DNA of 64,000 bases from Octopus vulgaris (Eukaryota): positions 42,222,001-42,286,000 of the forward strand of contig OX597826.1 of assembly GCA_951406725.2 (NCBI GenBank), read 5' to 3'. The notes beneath the pieces are model-generated. The model ran no database searches, had not been told where the DNA came from, and was given only the letters and a program-made list of their open reading frames with translations. The number at the start of each line of letters is the position of its first letter. The first letter of the stretch is position 1. Both the position numbers and the translations under genes were made by a program. This document shows, one piece after another, positions 1-13,604 of this stretch.

Positions 1-29
1 ATACTTAACTTTAGTATTAAAAGACATAC

Positions 30-193
30 CTCCATGAAAAAAATTTTCTTTGACTTTGCAAGTTCGATAATGTCTTTTGTCTCCTTTGTGTTCTGACCGT
101 AGGCCTTCTCACACAGAACAGGCTTGCCATTGTTAAGCATAATGACGGAAAGAGGATGATGGAAACGGTTGATGGAAGAAACGTACACCAAAT
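30..193 (-). CDS. DHDH: DHDH-like coding exon 3 (164 nt); the gene continues left of the window
   Basis: tttcccatAG | (D)LVYVSSINRFHHPLSVIMLNNGKPVLCEKAYGQNTKETKDIIELAKSKKIFFME | GTATGT. Contains the GKxVLCEK and F(L/F)ME Gfo/Idh/MocA motifs. The three exons total 84+112+164 = 360 nt in one open frame. Confidence 0.93.
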
Positions 194-250
194 CTATGGG
201 AAAGATGGAATAAAATTCATTTTTTCTTGCTACCAAAGCAATACATATAA

Positions 251-308
251 GTGTGTTTGTGTGTGTGTGTGTGTGTATGTGTGTGTGTGTGTGTGTATGT
301 GTGTGTGT

Positions 309-346
<38 letters not shown>

Positions 347-629
347 CTTTCTTCCAAGGAATCTAGCGCTCTTAGCTTAGTTTTTCCTTGGGGCTGGCCA
401 GATTGGAGCAATCTCGAGAGTATAACCAGCCGAAATTGCAAAGATAATTTGGAACTCGACTGAGGAAAGAAATCTCCGAGTGACCCGTCCTTGTTTTCTC
501 CCCCTTTTTGTATCACCTGTCTGGATGTATTGCGTTCTTGTCACATTTTTGTATTTTATATGTGTGTGTGTGTGTGTATTTATGTATGTATGTATGTATG
601 TACATGTATATATGTATGTGAATAATTAT

Positions 630-720
<91 letters not shown>
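251..720. repeat. (TG)n/(CA)n/(TA)n/(TATG)n microsatellite cluster, representative of dozens across the window
   Basis: Directly visible. Similar tracts at ~1190-1275, 2005-2282, 8160-8300, 10020-10180, 10440-10578, 14440-14510, 15355-15450, 29220-29355, 42320-42405, 59445-59530, 60520-60770 and elsewhere. Confidence 0.98.
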
Positions 721-724
<4 letters not shown>

Positions 725-1185
725 GCTATAAGGAATAGCATGCAAATATTGCATTGGAAAGCCGGTGAGTCTCGAACCTACATCATCTATAGATGGAGAG
801 ATGTTCTAAAATTGGTCCAAAGCAATCCTTACAATATCTCTATACAGTTGAGTAACTTTATTATTACCAATGCCAATTATGTTGTTGATGTCAACAATTT
901 CATAAAGTTTTCTGAGAACAGTGATTGGAGAAGTTCATGACATACAGCTATAAAGAATAGCAAGCAAAGATTCAGTTAAAAAAACTGTTTTGAGTAAAAA
1001 GAAATCGAAATGTTGCTTTGGTCCAATGATAGAAAATCTTTCATGTCAACAGGAGATATGGGTTAGAGCCCCACAGGCAGTATTTGATTTTTTTATATCC
1101 AAAGAGTTTTTCAGCCTAATTTTAACGTGCTATTCTTTACAGATGATGAGCTTCGAGAGCCACTATTGCAAAATTCATATGACAT

Positions 1186-1276
<91 letters not shown>

Positions 1277-2149
1277 AAATTTATATACATACGAACACAC
1301 AACTAAATATACATTTATATAGATTGTTAGGTAGGTAGGTGTGTGTGTGTGTCTGTGTTTGTGTTTCCATGCGTGAGTTGTTTTACTTTTCTCTCATGAA
1401 AACTCTCCCTTCTGCTACTCAACTCTAAAGAATCAGATCTTATCATTGCTCAATGAAGTCAGCTAGCACGCATTGCTTAGGAAAGCAAAACAACGATAGC
1501 TGTATGATCAATGTAGCAGTTAGATCAGTAGTTATGTGCTTCAACATTAAATTATCTGGAATTGTTCACTCAGAGGTAAACTTAAATTGATAATTTTCTA
1601 AGCTTATATTGAAGCAAATCTGTCGTGAGGTATTGTCAAAAATAGAAACACCGACACAATAGACAAACATTGTCCATTGTCCTCAGTTATTTATTATTTG
1701 GCCATAGAGATCATATTTCAGAAAAATATAAAAATATGAATGGCTAATAACAAAGAACACTATTTCTCAGCTGAACCATTTTACATTCAACAGGATTGTG
1801 AGTAGATATATTAATACTTTGCGAAGATCAAATATATCAAACTGGACAGTCTTTTGAAGCAAAAATAAAGCCGTTTTGTCATTATCGGCTGATTTTGCTA
1901 TGGAAAGGGACCAACTGTGAAGACTGACCAGTATTATATACTCGGCATTTCCTTTGTTGCGGAAATTGAAGAGGATATCGAAGAGGCCTCTGTGTATGCG
2001 TGAGTGTATGAATGTATGTATGTATGAATGTATGTATGTATGTATGTATGTATGTATGTATGTATGTATGTATGTATGTATGTATGTATGTATGTATGTA
2101 TGTATGTATGTATGTATGTATGTATGTATGTACATGCATGTATGCGTGA

Positions 2150-2211
<62 letters not shown>

Positions 2212-2222
2212 TGATGATAATG

Positions 2223-2283
<61 letters not shown>

Positions 2284-2496
2284 CAGCAATATTCGCGGGT
2301 GAGAGAAGTTAATCAATACCATCGAATCAAGTATTTGGCCAGTCTTATCAATCTGGAAAGTATGAAAGGCGAAATTGATCTGCAGGATTTGAACTCAGAA
2401 CGTAAGACGCTGGAACACTTGCCGCAAGACATTTTTTACGATACGTAAACGATTCTGCTAACTCGCAGCTTTTATTAAATTCTAATTCCTAAAGCG

Positions 2497-2835
2497 TGGA
2501 AACCACTCCTAAACGTGTGTTTTGCTCATGGCAGCATCCTTGCAAGCTGTTTGAAGCATGACAACCGATTCGGCTGCCGTTTTCCCCAGCAGAAAACAGA
2601 ATTTCACGGAAGCACGCTGTTCCTTCGTTTCAGGCATCGCAAAAATCGACGAACAGGGGAGAAGCACTGAAAAACGAAGACGCACTACGTGGCAGTACGA
2701 ACGCACAGGACGACGCCGGTCGGCAGACTGATGCCTGAGGGTCGCCTCAAGTGGCTTCTAGCGGCGGAAGCCTGAACTACAACGGGCTTGTCCCACAGAG
2801 AACGTTTCCGGTTACTTTTGGGTACTTCCTCGTAT
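2497..2835 (-). mobile_element. Mariner transposon 5' fragment
   Basis: MPETKEQRASVKFCFLLGKTAAESVVMLQTA... is a mariner N-terminal HTH. A TIR-like end TACGAGGAAGTACCCCAAAAGTAACCGGAA lies at ~2835. Confidence 0.8.
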
Positions 2836-3544
2836 ACCCAAGTATTGATTTCTATTTCTCCTTTTCTGTTTGTTCCACCAGATTTGCGTTTGTGTGTGTG
2901 TGTGAGAGAGATCGCGTGTGTATTTTCTTCATGTGTGTGTCTATGTAAATGTATATATATATGTCTGTATGTATATTTATGTGTGTGTATTTATCTGTAT
3001 ATGTATGTTGGTACATTTTGACCTCATCTGTACACCTGCTTCCATTCATAAGTGTTTTTTCCATATTCCTATTCATCCATTTTTCATTTTATTCATCAAT
3101 TTTATCTCGTTTTATTTCTCTGATTTGACTTACATACCGCCACCCTTGCGGCTGTAACAAAATTTCGCTATATCTGTGTGTGGGGGGATGCATTCGTGTG
3201 TGCGTACGTGTGTCTCTATGCGACTGTATGAATGTGTGTGCGTGAGTGTGTCCGTTCACGTACTTAAGATAGTTCTGTCGTCAGGTGTAACTTTTATCAG
3301 CAAACCTTCCACCACCGCCACGATTACTCTCACTCGAAACACTTCCTTTACCACCACCAGCCTTCACACCTTCGCCTTCACCCTAGCAACACCAACACGT
3401 TCACTCTCACTTCCGTCACTGCCATCACTGTCTAATATATCGCCATCAAGTTCGTTGATTTTCTTGCATTTCATTCAAACAAATATCTTGAAGATATGTT
3501 CGAACTTATTACCGACGTGAATCTAACAACCTGCTGACACAGAT

Positions 3545-4040
3545 AGTTACCAACTTATCAGTAACGCTGTTAAAATAAAGTACATGCTCTTGTCACTCAA
3601 TGTAGCCATCACGATCCCCTCCATAGATGAAAATGTGTCTATCCTGCGAGAGATTTTATCCACGAAGAATACATTTGGGAAATTCTCATGGAGAACAATC
3701 TTAAGGAAGACACACAAAAAGAAAGAACTTATAGTAATGTCAATGACCACCTCAAATCTGCGATATTCGATTTAGCAGCTTCCTGGAAGGCACTCAAGAC
3801 TGTCACTCAAGCTAAAAACTTTCCGTATGATTTTGATGGATCTGAGACAAAGGATTTTCATCGTATGTTTCAGAGTGAAGGTGAAACAGGTATTACATAC
3901 GATGGCGTTAGAATCTGGATTGAAGTCGCAGAGGGTGGCACAGGATACCAAGCGTTAACAGGAGAAATAGCGGAAGAAGTTCTCGTTGGTGACAGCAGAG
4001 CTGATGAGGATGATGACGAAAACAAAATATTGTTCAAGAA
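3545..4040 (+). mobile_element. Degenerate pogo/Tigger-like transposase C-terminal remnant
   Basis: Frameshifted peptides KIKYMLLSLNVAITIPSIDENV (degenerate LPPNTTSLIQPMDQ) and LKSAIFDLAASWK...GYQALTGEI with an acidic tail, typical of Tigger/Jerky DDE_1 proteins. Confidence 0.65.
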
Positions 4041-4309
4041 ATATACACAGGCATGGTTGTGTGGTTAAGATATTCGCTTTGCAACTGCCTAGATTCGGGT
4101 TCAGTACCACTGCGCGGCATCATTGGCAAGTGTCTTCTATTATATCATCAGATTGACAAATGGCTTATGAGTGAATTTCGTAGACGGAAACTGTCCATAT
4201 GCAAAATGGTCCAACTTACATAGAATAGAAATGATATCGAGAATTAAAAGGGTTTAAGAAAAGTATTACAAACCCAACAGTTGTTTCTGGGGGCTCGGTG
4301 GTCCAAAAT

Positions 4310-5369
4310 CATCATCATCATTGTTCGACGGTGGTCGAGACAATGGAATTTACTATGCTACGCCAGACTTCACGGTCCATCATGGCATTACGGAGGTCCT
4401 GTTGCTGGATGCCTGTATCTCTGGAGATTACATCAGGGTAGGAGAGTGTGCGCCCTCTGGCATTGCGAGTAGATGGCTTCCAGAGGAGGAGAGTAGAAAT
4501 TACCTCTTTTTCAGCTCTACAACAATGTCCAGCAAACTGGACTCTCCTACCTTTCACAAGAGATGACACAGGTGGTAGTTTCTCATATATTTGCATTTTG
4601 GTTGGATGGCGCCTCCACGAGAGAATTTGAGCTCTCATAAGGAGGCGAGTGTAGGTTCAATCCAACCGCCTCTCAAGCTTCTTTGATAACGTCCAGGTTT
4701 CTGAGCCATATAATAGAATTGGTTCGACTGTGGCTTTGAAGATTTCAAGTTTGAAGTCTCTACTTAGATTTGATGACCAGATCTTATGCATGTCATTACA
4801 GGCTGACCAGGCCATACCCTTTCTAGTTAGAAAGTCTTTTCCAGATGATGATATGTATGACCCAAGATATTTGTAATCAGAAACCATATTTAAGGGCGCA
4901 TTGTTGAGAGTATGGATGATGCAATCACTGTTGGACAGGCACTTGTTTATATATTCAGTCTTGGCCTCATTGAGGTAAAGACCTACACAATTTGAGGCTT
5001 GTTCGAGAGATTGTAAAAGTGACTGGGCATTGGAGAGAGAATCACTGATAAGAGCGATGTCGTCAGCAAAGTCAGTGTCTGCCAAGTATTCAGCTAGGTG
5101 TCTGGAACTTCTTCTTGGTTTTATTTCAAAGGCCTTGCCAGAGATGGTATCAACTGACATACGTAGCACATAGTCAACGACAATGATGAAAAGAAATGGG
5201 GCGAGTCTGTCTCCCTGCAGTATTCCGGCTTTGATTGAGAAAGATGATGTTTCTCCGTCAGGGGTTAAGATGGTTGAAGACGTATCTGTGTAGAGGACCT
5301 TGATGGCAGAAATGATTTTGTCTGGTATCCCATAGAGCTTAAGGATTTCAAACATCTTGTACCTATCTA
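4310..5369 (-). mobile_element. 5'-truncated RTE-clade LINE (RT C-terminal half), young
   Basis: ORFs 4657-5355 and 4318-4638 share one frame separated by a single TGA. Motifs GILQGD, FADD, YKYLG and LLYGSETW. (GAT)n tail. TSD TCCAAAAT at 4302-4309 and 5370-5377. Confidence 0.93.
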
Positions 5370-6174
5370 TCCAAAATAATGCTTGTAGATTGATTCCATC
5401 GTCGGATGAGACGAGCCTCCGTCTTCAGGGACAGATCTAACGTTTGAGGTGTTGAAAGAAATAAGTTCAACACAAATGTATATGTGTATGTCGCCATTTT
5501 AAAATGTATATCTTACTGTTTCTATACCAGTTGAGAATTGTAACAGTTATTAGCACTGACTTTAGCAGTTAGAACTAATTCCTGGTCATATTCACGACGG
5601 TCAACATTATTTGTTGCATTCAGGCAAAACTGGGCGTTTTTGTCATCATTACACGCCTGACAAACATCGATTCAGTGGCAACAGATCATTTTCTGTCGGA
5701 TACCAAACAGTCGATGACGATTAGGTAAAGCAATGAAACGAACTCATCATAAGCAAGGTTTTATCTTATGTTTTATTCCATATTTGCTTGTACGGTATAT
5801 CTTAAGACGGAGCAGTCCTAGCCTGAATTTATTCTTATTAATTCTTACTTGGGCTCTGAACAATACCTCATTCAAAATCATGTCGTGTGCGTAAAAACAG
5901 CCAAACGTGCGCGCGGACACGTACATGAGAGAATGAAAGTTCTTGGTAGTGTACAGTAAAATGCACTGATACTGATGGAAACAACAGTCACAAATAATGG
6001 CGATGTCTTTTCTTTATATACAAATATAAAGCGTCTTCATTTTTCTAACAATGATCCAATACTCTTTACTACTTTTTCTTCACGACCAAAACTATTCGGT
6101 TCCTAATACACCCACGCACACACACACACGCGCATGCATATATACATACTACATACATATGTGCATGAACACAC

Positions 6175-6234
<60 letters not shown>

Positions 6235-7089
6235 GTGTGTGTTGCGTTCCATTACATGATAAATGAAAAAATGTATAAACAAACGACCTAACGTATATTG
6301 AATGTAAAGACGAACGGAAGACACATATATCATCTCAACCCCGTTAGCACAAATTATCACCGGTACCACTGCACCCACCGCTATTATTGCTTCCACCTCT
6401 GCCACGGCATCCACCTCCACCACATCAAATATATAAAGATGTATATGCTTTACATAGTTATAGGATATTTTTCATTGGTTATCGACCTATGAGTAATTAT
6501 AAACGTTAATTGACTGAAAAGGATTAGAGGCATTATTCTGGATGATATTTCAGAGAATGAAAAATAAACCCACGCCATAATTATTTAAACTCTAAGAAAT
6601 TCAGAACATTATGGCCGAATGAACATGATAATCACAGTTAAATTTTGGTTTCATTGAAAGATCAGTTGTGAACACGCTTACACGAGCAGATATTTACAAT
6701 TTCACAGAAACTGAAAGATTTTCATACATATTGGCCGCGGGAAATCTGTATAATAAAAACTAAAGTAAAAAGAATATAATTCTCCAAAGTTTATGCACAA
6801 ATCTGGATAACAAAATCGTTGTTGCAGGAAAATGTTTAATTGTATGTATGTGCGTGTGCCCACGCATGTGTGTTTATGTGAAGTTATGAAAGCAATTTAA
6901 CATTAGACTGCAGGATTACTCAATACTTTTTAGTAGAGTACCCATGAGATTGGAGAGGAAGTCCTGTTACATTTTTGACATGAAAACTATGAGGATACTT
7001 TTCCTATACTTACGGTGCAATAAACATTAATTTTTACTAGCTAATATTTTCTTTTGTTTTCTTTGCATAATACTTCATACCATAGGGAT

Positions 7090-7985
7090 TAAATTCGTAT
7101 TGATTTTATTATTTTATGATGAGTCTAGATCTGAGCATATCAAACACAGCATGCTGTATGAATTCAAAAAGGACTCTACAGCAACAGAAGCAGTAAGGAA
7201 TATTCGCTCTCTCTATGGAAATAAGCCTTAAGTTTCCGGACCTGCCAACCTTGGTTTGGCCCGTTTCGTTCTGGGAATTTTTCTCTTGCAGACTCCTCTC
7301 GATCTGGACAAACAAGTTCTCTCAATATCAGCCTTCTGAAAACCATCATAAAACACGATGAAGTAGGAAACATGTTAAAACTTGGTCGGTAGGACCTTCA
7401 TCATCTAACTGCTTCGTAGCTTAATCAAAGCGTTGTCATCTGCTCATTATTGAAAATTAGGCTCGCTACCAAAACATTCCTGGGTAGAATCATCATGAGA
7501 AATGAAAATGGTCCGTCTATAATTATATCCAATGTAAACGTTAATGGTTAGTACCCAAGGAAAATGCAGAACCTATTTCCACACCAAGACCACCCCCGAA
7601 AAAAGTTATACTCTGTATTTGATGGAATATAAATGTTAAACAAAAACGAAACAGTTAATGCGGAGATATATTGTTGTCAATTAGAAGCATTGGAGAAAAG
7701 CATCTATTATTGGTCAATCATTAAAGAATATTGCTTTAACACGATAATGCAAGACAACATATTGCAAAAGCTATCGGAAAAAGATTGTGGCACTAAATAT
7801 GGAAGTTTTGTTTCAACTTCTTTATTCTCCTAACTTGCATAGCAACATTGTTTGGAGGGCCAAGTCACTCAGAAAAAGAGTGACACTAAATATGTTTTAC
7901 CTCAAGCTTCTTACTCCTCCACCACCACCACCACCACGCTCCCTTTGACTAATATGTTTCCAGATCATTCCAACATTATTTGGAG
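7090..7985 (+). mobile_element. Degenerate mariner (Mos1-like) transposase
   Basis: Frameshifted peptides YEFKK..ATEAVRNI, WF..FRSGNFSL.D..RSG, PKKVILCI.WN, NETVNAEIYC.QLE and F..FQHYLEG. Confidence 0.75.
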
Positions 7986-8515
<530 letters not shown>

Positions 8516-8956
8516 AAGGAATACAATTTATAAATTGTGAAGAGTTAAGAATGGTATTGAGTGTTTATTTGCTTCGAACCATCAAGAATTTTATGTCCGA
8601 AGGAGTAACAATTTGCCAAATAAATGGGATTATGCTAACAATAATGAGGGGACATATTATTGTGATTAAATGTATCAATTTAGACAAAGGAAGCATTTCT
8701 CTCATTCCCATCTTGAAATGCGAAAGGACTTTCTTTCCAAAGGTTTATTGGTTTTTATCAAGAAAATGTTGGCAAAAAAAATGTAGGTGCCGGCGTGGCT
8801 ATGTGGTAAGAAGCTTGCTTCCCACCCACATGGCTCCAGTTTCAGTCCCACTGCGTGACAAGTGTCTTCTACTATAGCCTCGGGACGACCAAAGACTTAT
8901 GAGTGGATTTGGTAGGCGAAAACTGAAAGAAACCCGTCGTATATATATATATATAT

Positions 8957-9912
8957 TGATACGAGTAGGTCTACTGGTAAACAACTGATTTTGACCTACT
9001 TTGCTGGCTTGGAGTCTGGAAGTCTACAATCTAAAGTTATTGTCCTTTGTTCTGTCAGATTCACGAAAGAGTGATGGCTTTTGGAAATACCCCTACCCTT
9101 TTGCCGGTCAGGGAAGGGTCAAGGAAACTACCCTATAAAAAAAGGCAGGAGCTGTGAGTCTGTCAGTCAGTTCAGCCGGAGAAATTGAGGTGGTAACAAG
9201 GCAGATGGGATTACGAAGGAAGCGGCCAGTTGAGAAAGACAGACACACAATCTGAGAGATGATAGGCGAGAGCGTGACAGTGACAGCGTTGAGAAAGACA
9301 GACACAGAGGACTGAGAGCGAAGATGGGATTACGGCTTGAGGCGGCGACGGCTATTATAGTAGGAATTGAAACGGTATGTGTTGTTGAGTTGTGTTGAAA
9401 TGTAAAAGAATTGATATGTGAATTAAGTAAAAGACTTGTTGATGTGTTATAAAGAACAGTGCTAAAGAGACTTTAAAAGAAGGAGAAAGACTTTGAACTG
9501 TAACGTGAATTGTTGTGATTTGAACATTGTATAATGTATTGAACTGTTCTGATTGGACTGTAACGTATCGTGAACATTATTTGATCTGAACTTATTTGTC
9601 TATGAACATTGTATATTGTATCTGCATGTTTGAATGCTTTGATTTGTTGTATACCTGATGTAACTGGGTTTTATTTGATGTTGTAATAATTGTTATAAAC
9701 CGTTGTTAAATGTAACCAATTGCCTTCCGCCGTTTCTCTTTGTGTCTCTTCTTCCTACTGTTGTTTAGTATCTCCGGTCGCCGGTTTCGCTGCTGCCATT
9801 CTTCCCCGCCGAATTCTCTCCTTTCCGTGGCGAACTTTCCCCGATCGATCGAGCCGGTCAATCGTCGTCGCTCGACTTGGTAGGGTCCCGGGTTGAGCAA
9901 CGGCAGGTTCGT

Positions 9913-9916
<4 letters not shown>
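8957..9916. mobile_element. Solo LTR (960 bp) inserted in the (TA)n linker of a family-A SINE
   Basis: Termini TGATACGA...TCGTAACA (TG..CA with imperfect 8-bp inverted ends), flanked by ATAT on both sides. TATA-like CTATAAAA at ~9134. It splits a SINE-A copy into 8786-8945 and ~10170-10370. Confidence 0.75.
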
Positions 9917-9957
<41 letters not shown>

Positions 9958-10021
9958 TATATATTGGAAGGTTTGGAGATGATGTACAGGTATTTTATTT
10001 TAGAAGAAAAGAGGTACTCAG

Positions 10022-10058
<37 letters not shown>

Positions 10059-10068
10059 CATACGTATG

Positions 10069-10100
<32 letters not shown>

Positions 10101-10118
10101 TGTATGTATGTATGTATG

Positions 10119-10167
<49 letters not shown>

Positions 10168-10589
10168 ATGTGTGTGTGTATTTGTCCCCCCACCATCATC
10201 TAACAACCCACGTTGGTGTGTTTACGTCCCTCTAACTTACCAGTTCGGTAAAAGGGAAGGATAGAATAAGTACTAGGTTTGCAAAGAATAAGTGCTGGGA
10301 TCGATTCGTTCGACTAAAGGCGGTGCTCCACCAAGACCGCAGTCAAATGACTGAAACTAGTAAAAGAAGGATTTCAAATTTCCATTTGATGACGGCTGAT
10401 AAGCAAAACCTCCGAAGTCATTGTGAACCCTTTATTGCAAAACATACATACATACATACATACATACATACATACATACATACATACATACATACATACA
10501 TACATCCATCCATCCATACATACATACATACATACATACATACATACATACATACATACATACATACATACATACATCACGTGTCACTA

Positions 10590-11815
10590 AAGAATATTAT
10601 AGCCGAATAAAGAAAATTTGGACCGCAGAACACTCTGCATTCAATAAAACAGTGGCCTACAACGTGTTTTTGGTGCCAGTACTCAAACCAATATTTGGGC
10701 TGCTAGACTGGACACTTGATGAGATCCAAGCCATTCTGGTGAAAACTCAGAAGATACTAACAAGCTCACATAATTTCCGCATCAACAGTGATGTAAGCCG
10801 TCTTTATCTAAAACGAAAACAAGACGGCAGAGGCTTAACATCGATCCAAACTGCCTTTGACTGTCGTATCATATCCCTTCAGCAACATCTTTTAACCATC
10901 AAGTGTCGAAGTGAATCCCTTGACCAAGTTTGCATACATGAGGCCGATAACAGCATTAGACTTGGCGGGCAGCTCTTTGAGCAGCATTCTCTGTTTGATA
11001 ACCTTAATTACATCCCCAAAGAAGTCGCACGACTCTACTGCAACATACCATCACATGAAAGGATGAGCTTATATCAGTGGAAGACTAATGCATGGATATG
11101 TTAGTAGAAAGCTCCGAGGTGATAGTAACATTGATCATTAAAGCAGTCTATCATGGACCAATAACCGGATTACTAACTCCCACTTTGAAAGGTATGTGTT
11201 TGCAATACAGGAACAGGAAATATCAAATACCTGATGCTCAAAAGGAACAGAGATGCAGGAAAAGCCGTTAAATGTGACAACCGATGCAGACCTTGTGGGG
11301 TTAACACCGAAGATATCACCCACATCATAAGCAGTTGTCCTAAAAATGTCATCTCTGTATTATCTACCCATAAAACATGAAATCCGTCGTAAGGATATCT
11401 CCGAGGACAAAGAAATAAGAACCCACAGTATGGTAGAAGCCATAGCCACTCATAATAAAAGGAGTACGGGTGGAATGTACCAGTGACTCAATAAAATCCA
11501 AACACAGGAGACTTCCATAATGAGTTGGGATAAGAAGAGAAACTGTATACAGTTGTGGAAATTAGCTGCCCAGCGGATGTTAACATAAAGCTGAAGATCA
11601 GTGAAAAATAGAATACCTACACTGAACTATGGAGAAATCTGAAGTTACCTTATCCAGATTACAAGTTCAGGTTTATACCTGTAATTATTGGGGCACTGGG
11701 ATATGTAACACACTGCCTAAATACCAACCTTGAGAAATTAGGCTTCTCAAAACCAGAAAGGAGAAAGCTGATTCGAAGACTACAGATCCAAATGATAAAC
11801 TTCTGAAAAGTTTTA
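10590..11815 (+). mobile_element. Degenerate R4/Dong-like LINE 3' part (RT end, CCHC knuckle, REL endonuclease)
   Basis: Peptides RLYLKRKQDGRGL, AIQEQEI, C..CG..EDITHIISSC, VVEISCPAD and PVIIGALG across several frameshifts. Flanked by microsatellites. Confidence 0.8.
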
Positions 11816-12193
11816 CACATACGCACGCATGCATACACACGAACACACGCACACACGCACATACGCATACGCACGCACACACTCACCCACATACGCATAC
11901 GCACGCACGCACACATGATAGGCCTTTGTACATTTTTTACGTTCCAAATTTCACTAAGTTGTTGGCCAACCTCCAAAATGTGACGGTATATAATTTAGAA
12001 TTTATATAATTAAACAGTTATATTCTTGACTAAATGTTCAAACATTATTTACTTTCGTCTCTCAATAGACTTTATTCAAATCATGCTTAAAGTCAACAAA
12101 ATAAAAACGTGTAAATCATCTGCACAATGTTACAAACCAATAATTAGAAAGCAAATCCACAACAATGTTGTAACGACAATATTTGGCGAAACA

Positions 12194-12630
12194 AAGGCGG
12201 CGAGCTGGCAAAAACGTTAGCACGCCGGGCGAAATGCTTAGCGATATTTCGTCTGCCTTTACGTTCTGAGTTCAAATTCCGCCGAGGTCGACTTTGATTT
12301 TCATCCTTTCGGGGTCGATAAATTATGTACCAGTTACGCACTGGGGTCGATGTAATCGACTTAATCCCTTTGTTTGTCCTTGTTTGTCCCCTCTATGTTT
12401 AACCCCTTGTGGGCAATAAAGAAATAAGAAACGTTAGCACGCCGGGCGAAATGCTTAGCGATATTTCGTCTCTCTTTACGTTCTGAGTTCAAATTCCGCC
12501 GAGCTCGACTTTGCCCTTCATCCTTTCGGATTCGAAAAATTAAATACCAGTTGCGCACTGGGGTTGATCTAATCGACTGGCCCCGCCCCCAAAATTTCGG
12601 GCCTTGTGCCTAGAGTAGAAAAGAATATTA
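12194..12630 (+). mobile_element. tRNA-derived SINE family B (often internally multimeric); representative copy
   Basis: Head GGCGGCGAGCTGGCAGAAACGTTAGC...GAGTTCAAATTCC, core GTCGACTTTGCCTTTCATCCTTTCGGGGTCGATAAATTAAGTACCAG. Other copies at ~2300(-), 22139(+), 26211(-), 28340(-), 28992(+), 33279(+), 39796(+), 40205(+), 40545(-), 52279(+), 61762(+), 62956(+). Confidence 0.9.
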
Positions 12631-12964
12631 GAAGAAACAATCGAGGTATTGAATAGTATTTACAAACGCGTAGCTAAAATTCTTCATTGTTGTGTCTGTA
12701 ATGGAAATAGTCGTCCTATTACTGCCTTTTCTACAAATTTAAATAGATTAAATATGAATTAAAATATTTAAAAGTTTATAAAATAATATACAAAGCATGA
12801 TTGTGTTAGTTCAGAAGCTCACTTTGCAATCTTGTGGTTTTGTTCCACTGCGGGACACCCTGGGCGAATGTCATCTATTATAGCCCCGGTTCGACTCATG
12901 CCTTCTGAGCAAATTTGGTAGACGGAAATTGTGTGGAATCCCTTCGTATACATATGTAGATAAG

Positions 12965-13040
<76 letters not shown>

Positions 13041-13318
13041 TGTGTGTGTGTGTGTGTGTGTGTTGTGTGTTTGTGATCATTAACGTGTGACAACCGGTTT
13101 TGATTTATTTTTGTCTATGGCACTTAGTGGTTCGGCAAAGAGACCGACAGGAAAAGTATCAGACTTATAAGTACTAGAGTTAGAGTCAATTTCTTCGTTT
13201 AAAATCTTCAAAACGGTGTTCCAGCATGGCCGCAGTTCAATGAGAGAAACAAGTAAAAGACGTAGAAATAGAAGAAAAAAAGATTTACAATCAAATTTAG
13301 ACTAAAATTATTTCATAC

Positions 13319-13430
13319 CTATGTTGGGATCTTTGGCAAATTCTTCATAGTTGTCATACACGTTTGGTATTTTAAATTCCTCTGCAAATTTCTTAGCTTT
13401 CTCTAAAGATTTGGATACCACCGCAATTAT
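13319..13430 (-). CDS. DHDH: DHDH-like coding exon 2 (112 nt)
   Basis: tttttttcatctAG | IIAVVSKSLEKAKKFAEEFKIPNVYDNYEEFAKDPNI+G | GTATGA. Phase 0 in and phase 1 out, compatible with both neighbours. Homologous to DHDH VVAVAARDLSRAKEFA..IPKAYGSYEELAKDP. Confidence 0.93.
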
Positions 13431-13561
13431 CTAGATGAAAAAAAAAGCAAATAATTTTGAAATAGGCAATTAAGTTTTGGTCTTTTTATGGTAAATAAAA
13501 TTGTCGATACTTTGTTGATGCACTACTACTACTGCGACTACTACTACAACAGCTGTTGCTG

Positions 13562-13604
<43 letters not shown>

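Noticed and set aside
4657-4659. In-frame TGA as selenocysteine or programmed readthrough
   Set aside because: It lies in a 5'-truncated LINE where Gly (GGA) is expected; a simple nonsense mutation.
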